Shown one piece after another: positions 44,970 to 62,039 of a stretch of DNA of 64,000 bases. A program made the translations under genes and the position numbers. The notes beneath the pieces were generated by a model. That model made no database searches. It saw only the letters and a list, made by a program, of their open reading frames with translations, and was not told the DNA's origin. Numbering within the stretch: the first letter of the stretch is position 1; each line of letters starts with the position of its first letter. Source of the stretch: the human T2T-CHM13v2.0 reference genome, Homo sapiens. The stretch lies in assembly GCF_009914755.1 (NCBI RefSeq), contig NC_060931.1; one strand, 5' to 3'.

Positions 44970-45782
44970 CAGTCATGAGTCACTTAACTACAGGGATGCC
45001 TTCTGAGAAATGCATCGCTGGGTGATTTTGTCCTTGGGGGAACATTATAGGGTGCACTTATGCAAACATAGACAGTCCCACACACCTAGGCTATATGAGA
45101 CAGCCTATTGTTCCCAGGCTACAACCCTGTGCAGCGTGTTCCTGTACTGAATACTGAGGCAATCATACACAATGGTAAGTGCTGGTGTATCTAACTATAT
45201 CTAAGCATCGAAAAGATACAGTAAAAATACAGTACAAAAGGTAAAAAATGATCCACCTGTATCAGCACTTACGATGAATGGCACTTGCAGGACCAGAAGT
45301 GGCTCTGGGTGAGGCAGTGAGTGAGTGGTGAGTGAATGTGAAGCCCTAGAGCATTACTGTACGCTAATGTAGACTTTATAAATGCTGCACACTTAGGCTA
45401 CACTAAATTTGTAAACACGTTTTTCTTTCTTCAGTAATAAATTAACCTTAGCTTACTGTAACCCTTTTACTTAAAAATCTTTTAATTTTTTTAAACTTTT
45501 TGACTATGATAACACAGCTTAAAACACAAATGCACTGTACAGCAGAACAAAAAATATTTTCCTTATATCCTAATTCCAAAAGTTTTTTCTATTTTTAAAA
45601 ATTTTGTTTTAATTTTTTATTTTTAAACTTCTTTATTAAAAGCTAAGATACAAACAGACATATTTAGCCTAGGCCTACATACAAGGTCAGAATCAAGATG
45701 TCATTAGGTGACAGAAATTTCTTAGCACCATAAGATCTTATGGGACCACCACCTTGGCTGAAATTCGTGTGGTACATGACGG
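44970..45782 (+). mobile_element. Tigger3-family (TcMar) DNA transposon derivative
   Basis: TA|CAGTCATG...TTCTGAGAAATGC start and ...CATGACGG|TA end; TA target duplication. Confidence 0.8.
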
Positions 45783-45968
45783 TAACTGTAACAACACTAA
45801 ATGATACCTGATCTCAAATGCTGTTTTGAGATTAACACTACAGAGGGAGAAAACTGCAATAATGTTGGCAGTAGCTAGTGCATAATCAATTTCTTATTTA
45901 AATTATTTTTTCAAGATATAAACAGTTTATTGTTATTTTTCAAAAGAAAATGACACAAGAGAGGCTAC

Positions 45969-46073
45969 CTCCAGCCAGTTCCTTGGCTTTCGCCAGTAGC
46001 TGAGGACGCCCTTGTCCATCATACGGTAGAGTTGAACACAGAGGTGGATCAGGCTGAGTGCCAGGAAGACCAG
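45969..46073 (-). CDS. PKD1L1: PKD1L1 exon (~51): LVFLALSLIHLCVQLYRMMDKGVLSYWRKPRNWLE
   Basis: Acceptor ctctccaccag, donor GAG|gtagcc; 105 nt; TM plus the Y...NWLE motif. Confidence 0.95.
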
Positions 46074-46773
46074 CTGGTGGAGAGAATGTAAACAAACAAG
46101 ATCAATAGGAATGCTGATAAATTGTTTTTTGAAGGTCTAAACATGTGACCAGCTCCCCTGCCAATCACCTTTGAGTAGCTAGGATGCAAGCCCATTTCCT
46201 GTTCTGCAGAGGTTTAATCCTAAACTTGCTCTTCAGTAGGCACTTGGGGTGTTTGGTGCCTCTCCACAAGTCAAGCACTCACAGAAACTCCATGCCAGGG
46301 GTTAGAACCCAAGATGGTCTCTGCACTCAGGGAAAGCACGGAGTATGGGCATCTACGGCCACCAGGCCTCCCGACCTCCATGCTGATCCTCCAGTCCTTC
46401 CTTGGCACTGCTCAAAAGAGTGAGTTTCTGTGTACATGTGAAATAGATAACATATGAACTATATATACATATATATACTAGTTTTCTCAGCCAAGTAAAG
46501 TCTTCTAAAGCTCCCTTATAAGCACTTTCTTAAAGTTCTCTATGTGATTCTCTCTCCAGTGGTGAGTTACCTGTTGATTCATGCCTTTAATCACTAACCC
46601 AAACTCAAATTTAGTTATGGATTTGCAAGGAACTGAAGCACATCAGCAGGGCTTTATGCATCTTCTCTGTCCTCTGTTGGAGTTATGTGCATTGTGTCCC
46701 ATTGGCCCGCTGTAAGGAGCTACACACATAATCAAAGCAGGGTTCACTTTTGGGTGCTGCAAGGTGTTTAACA

Positions 46774-47008
46774 GCAGTGCTGTGCTGAGCCTTATTGGAG
46801 CCTGAGGCAAAGAAACTATCAGGAAAACTGATCCTGCCATTGCTTACAATTTCCATATTTTGTCCAATATGATTTTTTGATATGAATTCTGATGTTTATA
46901 AATATTGCACCAGAATACTGTTCACCTTGATTACCAAGTATTTGTGGTGCCCCTTAAATTTGATGCCCAAGGTAAGTACTTTATGTGTCTCCCCCAGGCA
47001 GACCCTGA
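46774..47008 (-). mobile_element. hAT-family DNA transposon fossil
   Basis: CAGTGCTGTGCTGAGCC..TTGGAGCCTGAGGCAAA...GCCCCTTAAATTT resembles a hAT MER; family not determined. Confidence 0.45.
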
Positions 47009-47319
47009 CCAGTGGCCCATGCTCCCACCCTCCATTGCGCCCACACCAGCGCGAGCTGAGCTCTACACAAATCTCAGCCTTTACCGGGTCACTGAACAGT
47101 CCCTAGAGTCTAAAACCTCTTGGGACTCCCCTCTCTTCACTGCTAAAGCAAAGTAACCTTGACCTGAAGAGTCAGCAGGACTTAGTTCTTCATAGCAGAA
47201 AAGTCAACTACAGGCAGAAAATCAGGAAAGTTCCCAAGGAATAACTCAGAGTGACTTCTGGTGTTTTGGATTGTTCAGTGAAGCTATGTGGACATATTCC
47301 ATCTCACCAAGACCCTGGG

Positions 47320-48008
47320 TACTGTGGACTGAAGATTTGTGTTCCCTTGAATTCACAGGTGGAAGCCCTAACTCCTAGTGTGGATATATGTGGGGATGGG
47401 GCTCCTAAGGAAGTAATCAAGGTTAACTGGGGCTCTGGTCCTATAGGATTAGTGTCCTTACACAAAGAGACTCTAGACAGCTCTCTCTTGCTCTCTTTCC
47501 CTGTGTATACCCACAAAGAAGAGGTTCTGTGAGCACACCGTGAGAAGGCGGCCATCTCCCAGGACTAGAGACCTCGCCAGAACCTCACCAGGCTTGATCT
47601 TGATCATGGAATTCCAGCCTCTGGGAGTGTGGGAAGTAAATGTCTCCTTTTTTTTTTTTTTTTTTAGACGGAGTCTTGCTCTGTTGCCCAGGCTGGAGTG
47701 CAGTGGCGCAATCTCAGCTCACTGCAACCTCCGCCTCCCAGGTTCAAGAAATTCTCCCGCCTTCAGCCTCCCAAGTAGTTGGGATTACAGGTGCATGCCA
47801 CCATGCCCGGCTAATTTTTGTATTTTTTCAGTAGAGATGGGTTTTCACCATGTTGGCCAGGCCGGTGTTGAACTCCTGACCTTGTGATCCGCCCACCTCG
47901 GCCTCCCAAAGTGCTGAGATTACAGGCATAAGCCACCGCGCCTGGCCATAAATGTCTCTTTTTAAAGCACCCAGTGTAGGCTATTCTGTTACAGCAGCCT
48001 GAGCTAAA
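47320..48008 (+). mobile_element. MLT1A-like LTR interrupted by an antisense Alu (47648-47947)
   Basis: GGATTAGTGTCCTTA...TTGATCATGGAATTCCAGCCTC; Alu TSD TAAATGTCTC. Confidence 0.7.
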
Positions 48009-48309
48009 TCCCTGGGGGGATCTAAACATCAGGCCCAATTCCCCCGTGATGAATTTGGTACCTCAAGACAGCTCTATATTTGCCCTTGCCACACATGTGA
48101 AGATTGGTTTCCCCACTGGGGGTCTTCTTCGTCTCATGCCCCAACCCTTAGTGTGATGCTTGCTGCAAGAAGGGGATGTGACAAAGAGTGTGACCGGAGG
48201 GGCAGGTGAATGGGTAGGGAACTAGTCCTGTCTGGTGGAGAAGCCCAGCCCAGGTGAAGCCCCATCTTCCTGTGCACCTCCAGGAGGCCCAAGAGGCAGG
48301 TCAGCTCAC

Positions 48310-48544
48310 CTGGGGAAGCATGAGGTGGTACTGCAGGGCTGAGTCGCTGCGGAAGATGCTGAATGACTCCACCAGGGATGAGGGGACGAGACTCCCCGTA
48401 GGGAGGATCTCCACTCTCAGGGACACGCTGGTGAAGAGTTGGGTTGGAGGGTTATAGAGAGTGAAGTGCACAGACACAGCCCTGGTGCTGCGGTCAATCC
48501 ACATGCTGGCCCTGAGTCGGGACAGGGCTGTGTGGGCTTCAGTC
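48310..48544 (-). CDS. PKD1L1: PKD1L1 exon (~50): TEAHTALSRLRASMWIDRSTRAVSVHFTLYNPPTQLF...YHLMLPQ
   Basis: Acceptor tttcacag, donor CAG|gtgagc; 235 nt; WID..TRAV..FTLYN polycystin signature. Confidence 0.97.
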
Positions 48545-49159
48545 CTGTGAAACAGCACACACTGGGGTAGGGCAGGGCAGGGAGAAAGGCACAGAAGTCT
48601 ACTGAGGCTCCCAGCTGCAGGTCCCATGCTGGGAACACCCTATGCTAGACTTTGCAAGGACACACAGTGCCTGGGCTTCAAGGGGCAGGACAGATGGCCC
48701 TCTGTATCTAAGAGACCTCATCAATAGCCCTCTGTCCTCTCTCCTTGCCCCACCCTCTTCCCTGCAGCAGCCCAGGGGACCCTCAGGCAGGAGGGACCTG
48801 GAGAACGGAGGCCTCCATTTCCCACCCCAACCCATGTGAGGCAGAGATGTCCACTCTCTCTCCCCAGGGACTCTAGAATATTCATTGTTCTTTTTTTTTC
48901 TAGAGACCCCACTGTTTGGAACAAACAAGCTGGGAGAAGGCAGTTACTAAATACTAACTCGTATTTAGTAACAATTAAATCATTTCCTTTTTAAAGAGTA
49001 TTACTCAAAGGCTCACATTATTGTAACTGTCTAGACCTCCCCGTTGGTCTAAGACCATCCGTGTTACCACTGGGTCAGCACAGCTCCAACCCAGTGTGAG
49101 GTGCATGCTGCTTGGGGAGCCACGGGTGGCTGTGGACAACAGTGTGACTGGCTGGATGG

Positions 49160-49350
49160 GGCAGGCGGCCTGACCTCAGACCTAGCTGCAACATGGGGTC
49201 GTGCTTGTTACGCACTTGAACCTCCACCCCTCACCCTCAGGACATGGGAAAAGTAGCACAGGGCCTATTCCACAGAGCTAGGTGAGGATTAAATGAGACA
49301 GTAAACACCCAGCTTGGCACAAGGTCAGCATGCAACAAATGCTCCTTATA
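49160..49350 (+). mobile_element. MIR
   Basis: GTGAGGATTAAATGAGA..CTTGGCACA. Confidence 0.55.
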
Positions 49351-49613
49351 TTCCATGAGCTACAGATGTTCTAGCAACCACTTTTTGAAAGAACGTTTGC
49401 TCTGTGCTCTCCCACGTGGAGGCCTGAGCCTGTGTGATGCTTCTATCATTCACAACAATGACAAGTCTGGCTGGAGCCCCTGGCAGTGGTGCGCTGACCT
49501 CGCAGGCCTGTCAGGAGGCTGCACCTGCTGCAGATGCGCTGCGTCCAGCAGGCACCAGAGCTGGAGTGGCGGTGGCAGGCAGGATGAGCCCCGGCCCTTC
49601 GAATCTCACTGAC

Positions 49614-49786
49614 CTTGTTCTGCCCAGGCTGAGCACACAGTCCTCCCTTGTCCCACAGCCCCCAGGACCATTCAGGGTCACGTTTTGGTTCTCTGGGTCT
49701 ATCAGGTAGGGGTTCTCAGGGCCTCCAACTTCGGGACTACATGTAGGAATAGAGTCTTCGATGAGTGCTGAAAATGGCCTGGGAGG
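49614..49786 (-). CDS. PKD1L1: PKD1L1 exon (~49): PPRPFSALIEDSIPTCSPEVGG...EDCVLSLGRT-R
   Basis: Acceptor ttctgcag, donor AG|gtcagt; 173 nt. Confidence 0.95.
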
Positions 49787-50423
49787 CTGCAGAACAAACC
49801 AGCAGTCAGAAGACACAGATACTATTCCCAAGGCTACCCTGCAATCCGGGGTCTCCAGGCCTGGCCACATGTGAACACCTGCTCTGTCCTGCAACATGGC
49901 ACCCTTCTCTCCTCATAGGATCGTTCTGCAGCCTGTTTCGTGGTCTACAGACTCTAGCTCAAGCTACAGGATCAAGGTTCTACCCACAGAAGGTTGGCAT
50001 CTGAGCTGTGTATGGTTCTAAGGCTTAGACCACTTGAAGACTTCCCCATCATGAGATGCCAGGTAAAATGCCTGTCTCAGGGCATACCCTCCCCATTAGA
50101 AAAAGATATGTGAATATTCTATTTTTAGATTGTTTGATTAAAAATCCTAGTTTTGCCTAGAATGCCAGTCTCTAAGGCCAAAGAGTGAATTGAAGAAACC
50201 TGCAGCAGAACGTCAAGGAAGAAAGAGGCTTTGGGAAAGTGTTCATAAAGGGGAAGGAAGGAAGGGCGAGGCTCGCCCTCTCCCCAGCCCCGGCACTGAC
50301 AATTCCAATTACCACTGAACTCACAGAGAAGTTCAAATGATCTGCCAGGGTCCTGCCCCAATGTTGCCTAGACTTCTCTAATTCCATTTATTTTTGGAAG
50401 CAAAAGGAAAAGGAACATCTTAC

Positions 50424-50507
50424 CTTGCATAAATGCCTAGGAAAAACTTTTAGCTGCCTAATTACGGAACTGCCTATTAGGTAGCATTTTCCTCCAAGAG
50501 CTCCAGG
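50424..50507 (-). CDS. PKD1L1: PKD1L1 exon (~48): PGALGGKCYLIGSSVIRQLKVFPRHLCK
   Basis: Acceptor ctcctttcag, donor AAG|gtaaga; 84 nt; LIG..IRQLKV polycystin motif. Confidence 0.95.
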
Positions 50508-50875
50508 CTGAAAGGAGAAAAAAGATGATGAGGACTGGGTGTGCTGTGGACTTCAAACCTCCTCATCAAGCGTGCTCAAAAGGCGTGGGGCTCTGGGTAA
50601 CTCCACCTGCTACCATAGAGGTCAGAGTTTTATTTTCCTTCCAATACCATTTTAGGGATACAACCAACATTCTAAGAAGGCAGCAACAACCTCCCCAGAC
50701 TTGTCCTGGAAAAGGGTTAACGTTCAAATGGTGTTCGTAACTTTCGTCACATGAGAATGCTCTCTTTTATCTTTTTTGAAAGTTTCTCCAGTGTCATCAA
50801 CCCAAGAGACTATATAGAATACAACAAAATAAAATTATAAATAAACTGCTCAAGGAATATGGACAAATATATTTC

Positions 50876-51301
<426 letters not shown>

Positions 51302-51826
51302 GGATATTTCATTTTTAAACATGGGAAAGGGGTTGAAAATAAAAGCTGAGCAAGGAATGGGATTATGCAAAATGCATATTAACTTTTTCTTCCGAACTTG
51401 GGATCAACCTCACCTCTTTCTGGAAGCTTCCTTGCACTTCCTCTGTTTTGGGGTGGTTCTTGTGTTTCCTTGTCAGGGTATTTTGCACACGGAACTAGAA
51501 TCTTCCATTTCCTGACCTCCCACCCCATCAGCCTGAGGGCTCCTGAGGCTCTGCCATAGCCGTTGTGTCTATCTCAGGCCTGGGAAGCACAGGAATCTGG
51601 AGAATCCCGTGCAGCTCAGCAGGGTGTAATGGGATGGGGCCAATGGGTTCTGGCAGGAAAGGAACAGGATGCTCTGCTGGGACCCACTGGAGAGCCACCG
51701 GCCTTACACCTGCATGGTCATTCAAGAACCTATGCAGTGCTGCAGTTCAGCATTAGTGACTGTTTCACCCACTGCAAGATAGCTTTTCTGAGATGATCTC
51801 CTATGAAGAGGAGACGGAAAGCTCAC

Positions 51827-51950
51827 CTGAGCCCCCGGCACACGGGCTGACGGGGTGCCTCCCGGGTACAGGCCATCCAGAAGTGTGGTCAGACTCCAGT
51901 CCCACCAGTCAGCGATGTTTCTCAGGCCACCCAAGCAGTTTCTGGCATTT
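51827..51950 (-). CDS. PKD1L1: PKD1L1 exon (~47): NARNCLGGLRNIADWWDWSLTTLLDGLYPGGTPSARVPGAQ
   Basis: Acceptor ttgcattaag, donor CAG|gtgagc; 124 nt; polycystin TOP-domain DWWDW motif. Confidence 0.95.
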
Positions 51951-52169
51951 CTTAATGCAAGAACAAAAATAAAAAGTTGCTTCTGCATCAACAAGAACAA
52001 TGAAACGTGAGAACAAAAGCATGTTTTCTTGCCAATTTTTCTCTCATTCAGATTTCAGGTACTCTGCAGGAATTAAACTCAAGCTGCTTGCAGCGTGAAG
52101 CATGAAACCCTGGAACTCACTTTGCTCCTTACTAGCAGGAGATAAGAGAGAATGGCGGGTGAAGCACTT

Positions 52170-52640
52170 GTTCATTTGCTCACTCCATCAGTCACTCAAC
52201 AAACATTACTATGCAACTACTAGGTGTCAGGCACTCTTCTAGGCACTGGGAAACAGAAAATCAATTCTCTGCCCTCCTATGGGGAAACAGGCAACAAATA
52301 AGACAAATAAGCAAACATATACTATGTTGTGACAAATATGAAGGAGGAAAAAAAAAAGCAGGAAAGACAGGCAAGTGGTGGGGTAAGCAGGTGTTCAAGC
52401 AGCCATGGAAGCTTCAGTAGGTGGTGATGTCTAGCAAAGACCTGAAGGTGAGGGTGGAGCCCGTGGTCATCTGAGAGAGGGTATTAAAGGCAGAGGGGAC
52501 GGCGAGGGCTTCCGCAAGCCTGAAGGGTGGGAAGGTGTCGGGGCCACAGGGCTGGTGCAGAGGGAGCGCCGGGGCTAGGGTAAACAAGGGAGGCTCTGGG
52601 ACACACAGACCAAGACCCAGTCCTCTCTCTGCACTGACTG
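52170..52640 (-). mobile_element. L2 fragment
   Basis: TCACTCAACAAACATT...GTGTCAGGCACT.TTCTAGGCACTGGG. Confidence 0.6.
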
Positions 52641-53344
52641 CCGACTGGGCGCAGCATGTGACTGGCCTCCCAAGATGCCTGTGAGTGGCAGATGTGAAGA
52701 CATAGATGAAGTGCAGTGTTGGCACAAACACTAGTCTGTTTTCTTTCCAATTAACTTCTTCATTATGTTTATAGATATGCTTCATTTTTCCACCAAGGAA
52801 CTGATTTAAGGGAGCACTGAAATAACATCAAATGAATGAAATTTATCATTTTTAGTTTGCTCAGACACTGCTATAAAGCCACATGCACAGGCCAAGGCTG
52901 TGCATGGCAGCAGCAGGGTGTCCATTTGGCTCTGAGCTACAGCCAGAGGCAAAAGGATAAAATCAAGTGTTCCTACGAGAAAGCAAAGTACCTCTCACCT
53001 AACTCTAAAAAACTTTCTCATACATAGCTTCCCATGAAGAGTCACTGAAGAATGGAAAGGATGGGGTGCTCATCAACATGCCCTCAGCAAACAGAAATGG
53101 CTCTGATGTGGCTGTTTCATCCAGGTTTCTCTCCACAAAAAGGGGAGACCAAAATAGTTCTCAGGAAAAGGAATTTTGTCATAAGGTGAGAAGAAGTTAG
53201 AAAGTCACCCAAGTACACACAGTTGAATGCCTGGTCCAGCACCAGATCCAGACTACTCCAAAGAATGAACACACTATGAATCATTCAGATGATGGCCATG
53301 GCTTTGGTAAACGAGGCTTGAGAGCAAAGTTGGGCTGTAGACAG

Positions 53345-53845
<501 letters not shown>

Positions 53846-54078
53846 AAGACTATGTTTACAGGTAAGGTGTAGAACGGACACTCCACTGTTGATTCAGAGC
53901 AGATTTTGCAGATAATTTAGAAAAAGTTTTTAAAAACCTGATAGTCATGACAATAATTGGACAATATTAAAAAAATCAAAGACAAATAAATGTCACTAGT
54001 GTATAGAGTAATAAAGAGATGCAGTAGCCTCAACCAATAATCTATATATACTATAAATGTGTTCGAAAATTTCCATAT

Positions 54079-54405
<327 letters not shown>

Positions 54406-54517
54406 TTAATTTATCTGACTGGTTTTATTTCTTTTTTCTTACGAAGAAATGATCTCTTATCCTTTCAAGTATTTAATCTTCATTGGTTTATACATCTTTA
54501 GAACTTAATCTTTGCAG

Positions 54518-54687
54518 GTCTTTTATTGGGTGCTGGTTCTTAACTCTGGACTTCTCTACAAGTTTTGTCAAACTATCAAATGCAGAGCAAATTGGAGGCC
54601 TGCCAGAGCACCCAGAGGGTGGAATGAAGCAACAGAGAGGCATCAGGAAAGGAGAACACAGATGGAGACAGAGATGGGAGGCATAAG
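54518..54687 (+). CDS. C7orf69: C7orf69/PKD1L1-AS1 exon 2: VFYWVLVLNSGLLYKFCQTIKC...TEMGGI-S
   Basis: Acceptor tctttgcag, donor AG|gtgagc; 170 nt, in frame with exon 1. Confidence 0.75.
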
Positions 54688-55998
54688 GTGAGCAGATACA
54701 TCTCTGCAAATATTCACGCCAAAGGAAAGGAAGAATGAGCCAGGGGGCACAGAGATGCAGTGAAAAGGGCGGGAGGGTAGGAAAGAGGCAAAGGATGGCT
54801 GGAGGTGAATTTTCAACAGAGGAAAGTGTTGAGCATCTGCTGTGGGAAGCAAGATGATTTGACGACAAACATTGTACATTTATAGCAACTAATATGATCC
54901 ATTTTCTGTGTTTTTAAAGAATAAAGTATAGACATTATAGCCATGTTGAGTTTGCACCACTTTCGGGGAAATGGTATCACTTCTTGACACCTGCTTCCCT
55001 ATTGGAATAACATTAAGAAACTAAGTTAAAAAGCCCTGAAAATAACCCAAAGCCAAAAGGCCCAATGGCCAGACTGCAGACATCTCACACCTCACTCCTG
55101 GCACACCCAAAGTGCAGGTAGTGAACCAAATGAGCCAGGAGTATTCTGGCCCTGTCTGTATTAGTTACCGCAATTATATAAAATAAGCCCACAAAGCTGG
55201 CTAAACAATGCAAAAGATAAAATCAGCTGTTATTTTACTTTTATGGCACTTGGATAGAACGCTTGCTTCATTGATTGGTGCTTTATTTGCTGGTTTATTT
55301 TTTGTTTTATTATTTTTTTTTGGAACTTCATGAAGTCTTTCATAAGTTCAGAAACACTTCAAATACAACTTAAATATGGCAAAATCCAAGAACGCAATGA
55401 CTACTCAGTAGTCCAGTTCCCTCCCTTTATAGATGAAGATGCTAAGTCCGAGCACTTGCCAGAGTCACCTGGCAACCAAACATGAGTTGGGGGCCCAGTC
55501 TCGGAACTCTGTTTCATCCATTTCCACTCCTGGGCTTATTTAGCTTCTCTATCTGGAATGCTAGTAAATGCCAAACCCTAAGTTGTTGTTGATGTTTCAG
55601 GATTAGGTATTGGGGGCTAGGGGGTGAGACGGAGAGGGTCCACTTTAAACATTCCATTACCAACCAGGATACTTGAATATCCCTGCCTGGTGGCCAGAGC
55701 ACCCAGAGGCAGTGAGGTTTTGCATCCCTATGGGAAACATAAGGTCTATGTAAATCCAGGAGTTGTGAATGTGAGCACATCAATCTCATGTGCACCTGAG
55801 AGATCTCACAAACATTATCTCAGCTGCGATATTTCTGATTTGAATATCAAGAAGCAACAATTCATATGAGAAATATGTCAAATAATGTTGACTTGTGAAA
55901 TGTGAGATGAAAAATAAACTAGCAAAAGCCAGAGGTTTTTCATGTTTAGATTTCCATTTCCATTGAGGACCCAAATTATCACTTTGTTTTGCACACAG

Positions 55999-56089
55999 CA
56001 CCACCTACTGGCACAGGCTGTGCACTTGCACGGATAGGAGAGCTGAAAAGTTGGTCATGGATGGAAATAACTGCTGGTTTCACAAATGA
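55999..56089 (+). CDS. C7orf69: C7orf69/PKD1L1-AS1 exon 3: TTYWHRLCTCTDRRAEKLVMDGNNCWFHK*
   Basis: Acceptor ttttgcacacag; TGA at 56087-56089; total ORF 122 aa. Confidence 0.75.
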
Positions 56090-56279
56090 GGAGGCAGAAA
56101 ATTCCACTTAATTTCACTATTACAATGCTCAGCAGAAAAAAAAAAACAAAACAACTTGGATTACTGAGCTACAGAACACCCAGACTCATAGCACTGGGAC
56201 TTCCAGGTCTTACCTTACGAGTGGGTCACAACACTGACAAAGGGGACAATATCCATTAGCCATTATCTTGCTGCGTATG

Positions 56280-56339
56280 AATAACCCTCTCTCACAAAAA
56301 TAAAGATAAATATGTTCTGAAATAATTGATAAAATTAAA
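56280..56339 (+). terminator. Poly(A) signal cluster for the antisense transcript
   Basis: AATAAA at 56280 and 56299, ATTAAA near 56334, about 200-250 nt after the stop. Confidence 0.55.
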
Positions 56340-56857
56340 TTGACTTTCCAGCCACTCACTTCTGCCAAAAAATCCAACCAAAAAGTATTTACGTCAAATT
56401 GAATTACTTAGTCAAAGGCAACAAACACACTGATAGAGTTGCTGCATAAATGTGTCTTTAAATATTCACCAGAGTAAATAAGGTAACTCCTGGAACACAC
56501 TGAATTATTGTATTTACCAGCATTGAAATCATAGCAAAGAACCAATATTATTTCATATCATGCACTTTATAATTCAAAGCCACACTGCCTTGAAAGGACT
56601 ATCAGACTGACTGTTTGTGGCAGGTGAAAATAAAGCCTAACCATGGATTCAAGAACAACTCTCAAAAAAAAGAAGACTACATTAAATGCACCTGTTGATG
56701 ACAATATGCATCCCAATTTTAGAAGCACTGAGACATGGAAAAGAAATATGACACAACAAAATGCTATCATGCTTGCCTTTGCCTGGTGGTATCACGGAAA
56801 TTTTTCTGCTTTACACTTTTCAGTTCTGCTAGATTTACCTATGATCAACATCTACTA

Positions 56858-57238
<381 letters not shown>

Positions 57239-57567
57239 TTAGAAATTGAGTGTCAGTTATTACGAACTGCAACCATAGGCTTTGATAGAAGAACTCTGAG
57301 GTCTCCAGCAAAAAAGAAACTGCAAGACCCTGTTTTGGCACAGAACTTAAAATTCCTTCAAATATCCTTGTTTTGCTATTTACCCCAAACGAGATGCTAA
57401 GAACGTGTCCAAAGTCTGTGAATGGAAGGGGGTTTTATTACTACCAGGGAAATGGTGACAATCTTTCCAGTATTTCATATGTGGGATGTGAAACATGGGG
57501 AAGGTGCACACAGGCTATGGAATAGTGCAATGGCCCCAGATCTGGAAGAGTTACCCAAACCTCCTAC

Positions 57568-57678
57568 CTTGTAAATTCTTTCCGGATAGCTTGATTGAGG
57601 GAGTATTCATCTTGGGAAAATCTCCCATATATTACACACAAAAGCAGAAGCAGCATGAGGATGTCCATGGAAATGTCT
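57568..57678 (-). CDS. PKD1L1: PKD1L1 exon (~46): DISMDILMLLLLLCVIYGRFSQDEYSLNQAIRKEFT-R (TM segment)
   Basis: Acceptor cttcttacag, donor AG|gtagga; 111 nt, phase 2-2; in frame with neighbours. Confidence 0.93.
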
Positions 57679-57697
57679 CTGTAAGAAGAGTTTTTAA

Positions 57698-58073
<376 letters not shown>

Positions 58074-58089
58074 TGAAACTCGGCTTTTA

Positions 58090-59880
<1,791 letters not shown>

Positions 59881-61720
59881 CCTCCTCATGTCTCTTCCAG
59901 TCCATAGGTATCATCTTTATTTATTTTTGCTTCTTTGCGATTTATTTGTTGAGCAAGTGGTTATTTGTACTATAGATTTCTGTCTTGCTTTCCAGGGTGA
60001 TATCAACATACTCTTACTGTAAACTACAAGTTGGCAAAATAACTTCATCAGATTAAGATTGGACTGTTTTGGGTAGGTTGCCTCATAGATGATGGTGTTT
60101 TCCCACGAGGAAACACATAATGTCTGATGTTTCTCTCTCTCTCCTTCTCTCTTTTATATTGACCACTGTTAATGAGCAATGCCCAGATTCATTACTTCAT
60201 TAAAACTGCAAAAATGGTCAGGCTCTAATTCTATTACCTGGTCCCCATTCATTAGCTGGAATTCCTCTCTAAAGAGAAATATCCCCCCTCCTGTTATGTG
60301 GTTTCCCAGGGGTATGGTCTGTATAGGAAAGGCAGGCTTTCACTGGCTTTTATAAAGTTGGTTTCTGAGTGTCCACCAACATTGATCAATTACATTGTGG
60401 GTGTTGTTACCAGCTCATGGCTTTAGATAGATTTCATGAACTTCAATTCAGTAGTTTCTAATCTTGATGTCAAATTATCCCATGTTTGACCAATGTGAGC
60501 CTCTTCAAACTGGCTTCTTGGTCCTCTGACAATGACTCTAGCAGTTATTAATTGCTCCCTTGCCTAAGAAACATTCCAGGTTCATCTTGTACATTTTCCA
60601 TCACCAACTTCAAATCAGGAATCCCAGTTACTTCTAATTCTTTTTGGTGGACCAAATCTAGGTGCTAAAAGTGTGTGTTGCTTCTGGGCTGTTTCTAGGC
60701 CTTTTCTTGCTGGAAAAATCTAGGAAAATATTTTTAAAAACCCACATGATTCCATACCTATACTTTCAATTCAAATTCAGGACTGCAGAGTTTTGACTTC
60801 CTTGAACTCAAATCTGTACCTTCTTTCTCTCATATCAAGAATTCCACTTTTAAAGGATACCAGGAATGACAGAATTAGAAAATAACAGAATTCTTCATTT
60901 CCTTTACCCCACAATAAATCAACAATGAAAATAAAGATACTAACGCTCCACTAACAATATGATTGGTGAAAACAGCTTTAGAGTTTTTTCCCCTAGTTCT
61001 TTTCCGTCCTTAGAGACTAGGTTTATATGGTCAAATTTTTAACCTTAACACAGATTTAAAAAAATCTTATTCCTTCTCTCCCCATAAGTAACTATTATTA
61101 TTTCCTAAAGGTGCCTGGATTGCCTTTCCCTTGTTTTATTTAGGGTGAGCGGATCTACAGGCACGCATATTCTTGTCCCCTTTCATTAAGCAGTGGGCAG
61201 AACAGCATACCCGCTTTCCTCTACCTGGCTTCCCTCCTGCAGCGAATCCTGCAGGCCTCTCCCTAGGAGCCTGGAGGGGTAGTCTTCATGCTTCTACATA
61301 GCTGGACACTACTACACTGTGTTCCTGTCCCTCCAGCAAGACGTGTGGGTTCTTTCTAGGATATTCTCATTACAAAAGGTCCCACATAAATTGGTTTGTG
61401 TGTGGGTATGTTCATGTTTTACTTACTGTGTCTGTAAGAGTGATTGTAAAAAGTGTGGATGCTGGATAAATCGTAAATGAATCTATCATTGTGTAGAGAC
61501 TTCAAATTTCCCCCATAGTGGCTGTACCATTTTGCATTTACACCAGCACTGTGTGAAATGCTCTATTTGACATAGCCTCACTAACAGAGTATGTGGTCAC
61601 ATTTTTGGATTTTCACAGTTTAATTTGCAATTCTCTTACTGTAAGTGAAAGGGCCATTTGAACTTCTTTTATTCTGTGAACTCTCTGTTCACTTTTCCAG
61701 TCCACTTTTTTTTTGTTTTA

Positions 61721-62039
<319 letters not shown>

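Noticed and set aside
54602-55709. 17-mer GCCAGAGCACCCAGAGG at both 54602 and 55693
   Set aside because: One exact 17-mer match in 64 kb is not far from chance, and there is no extended similarity
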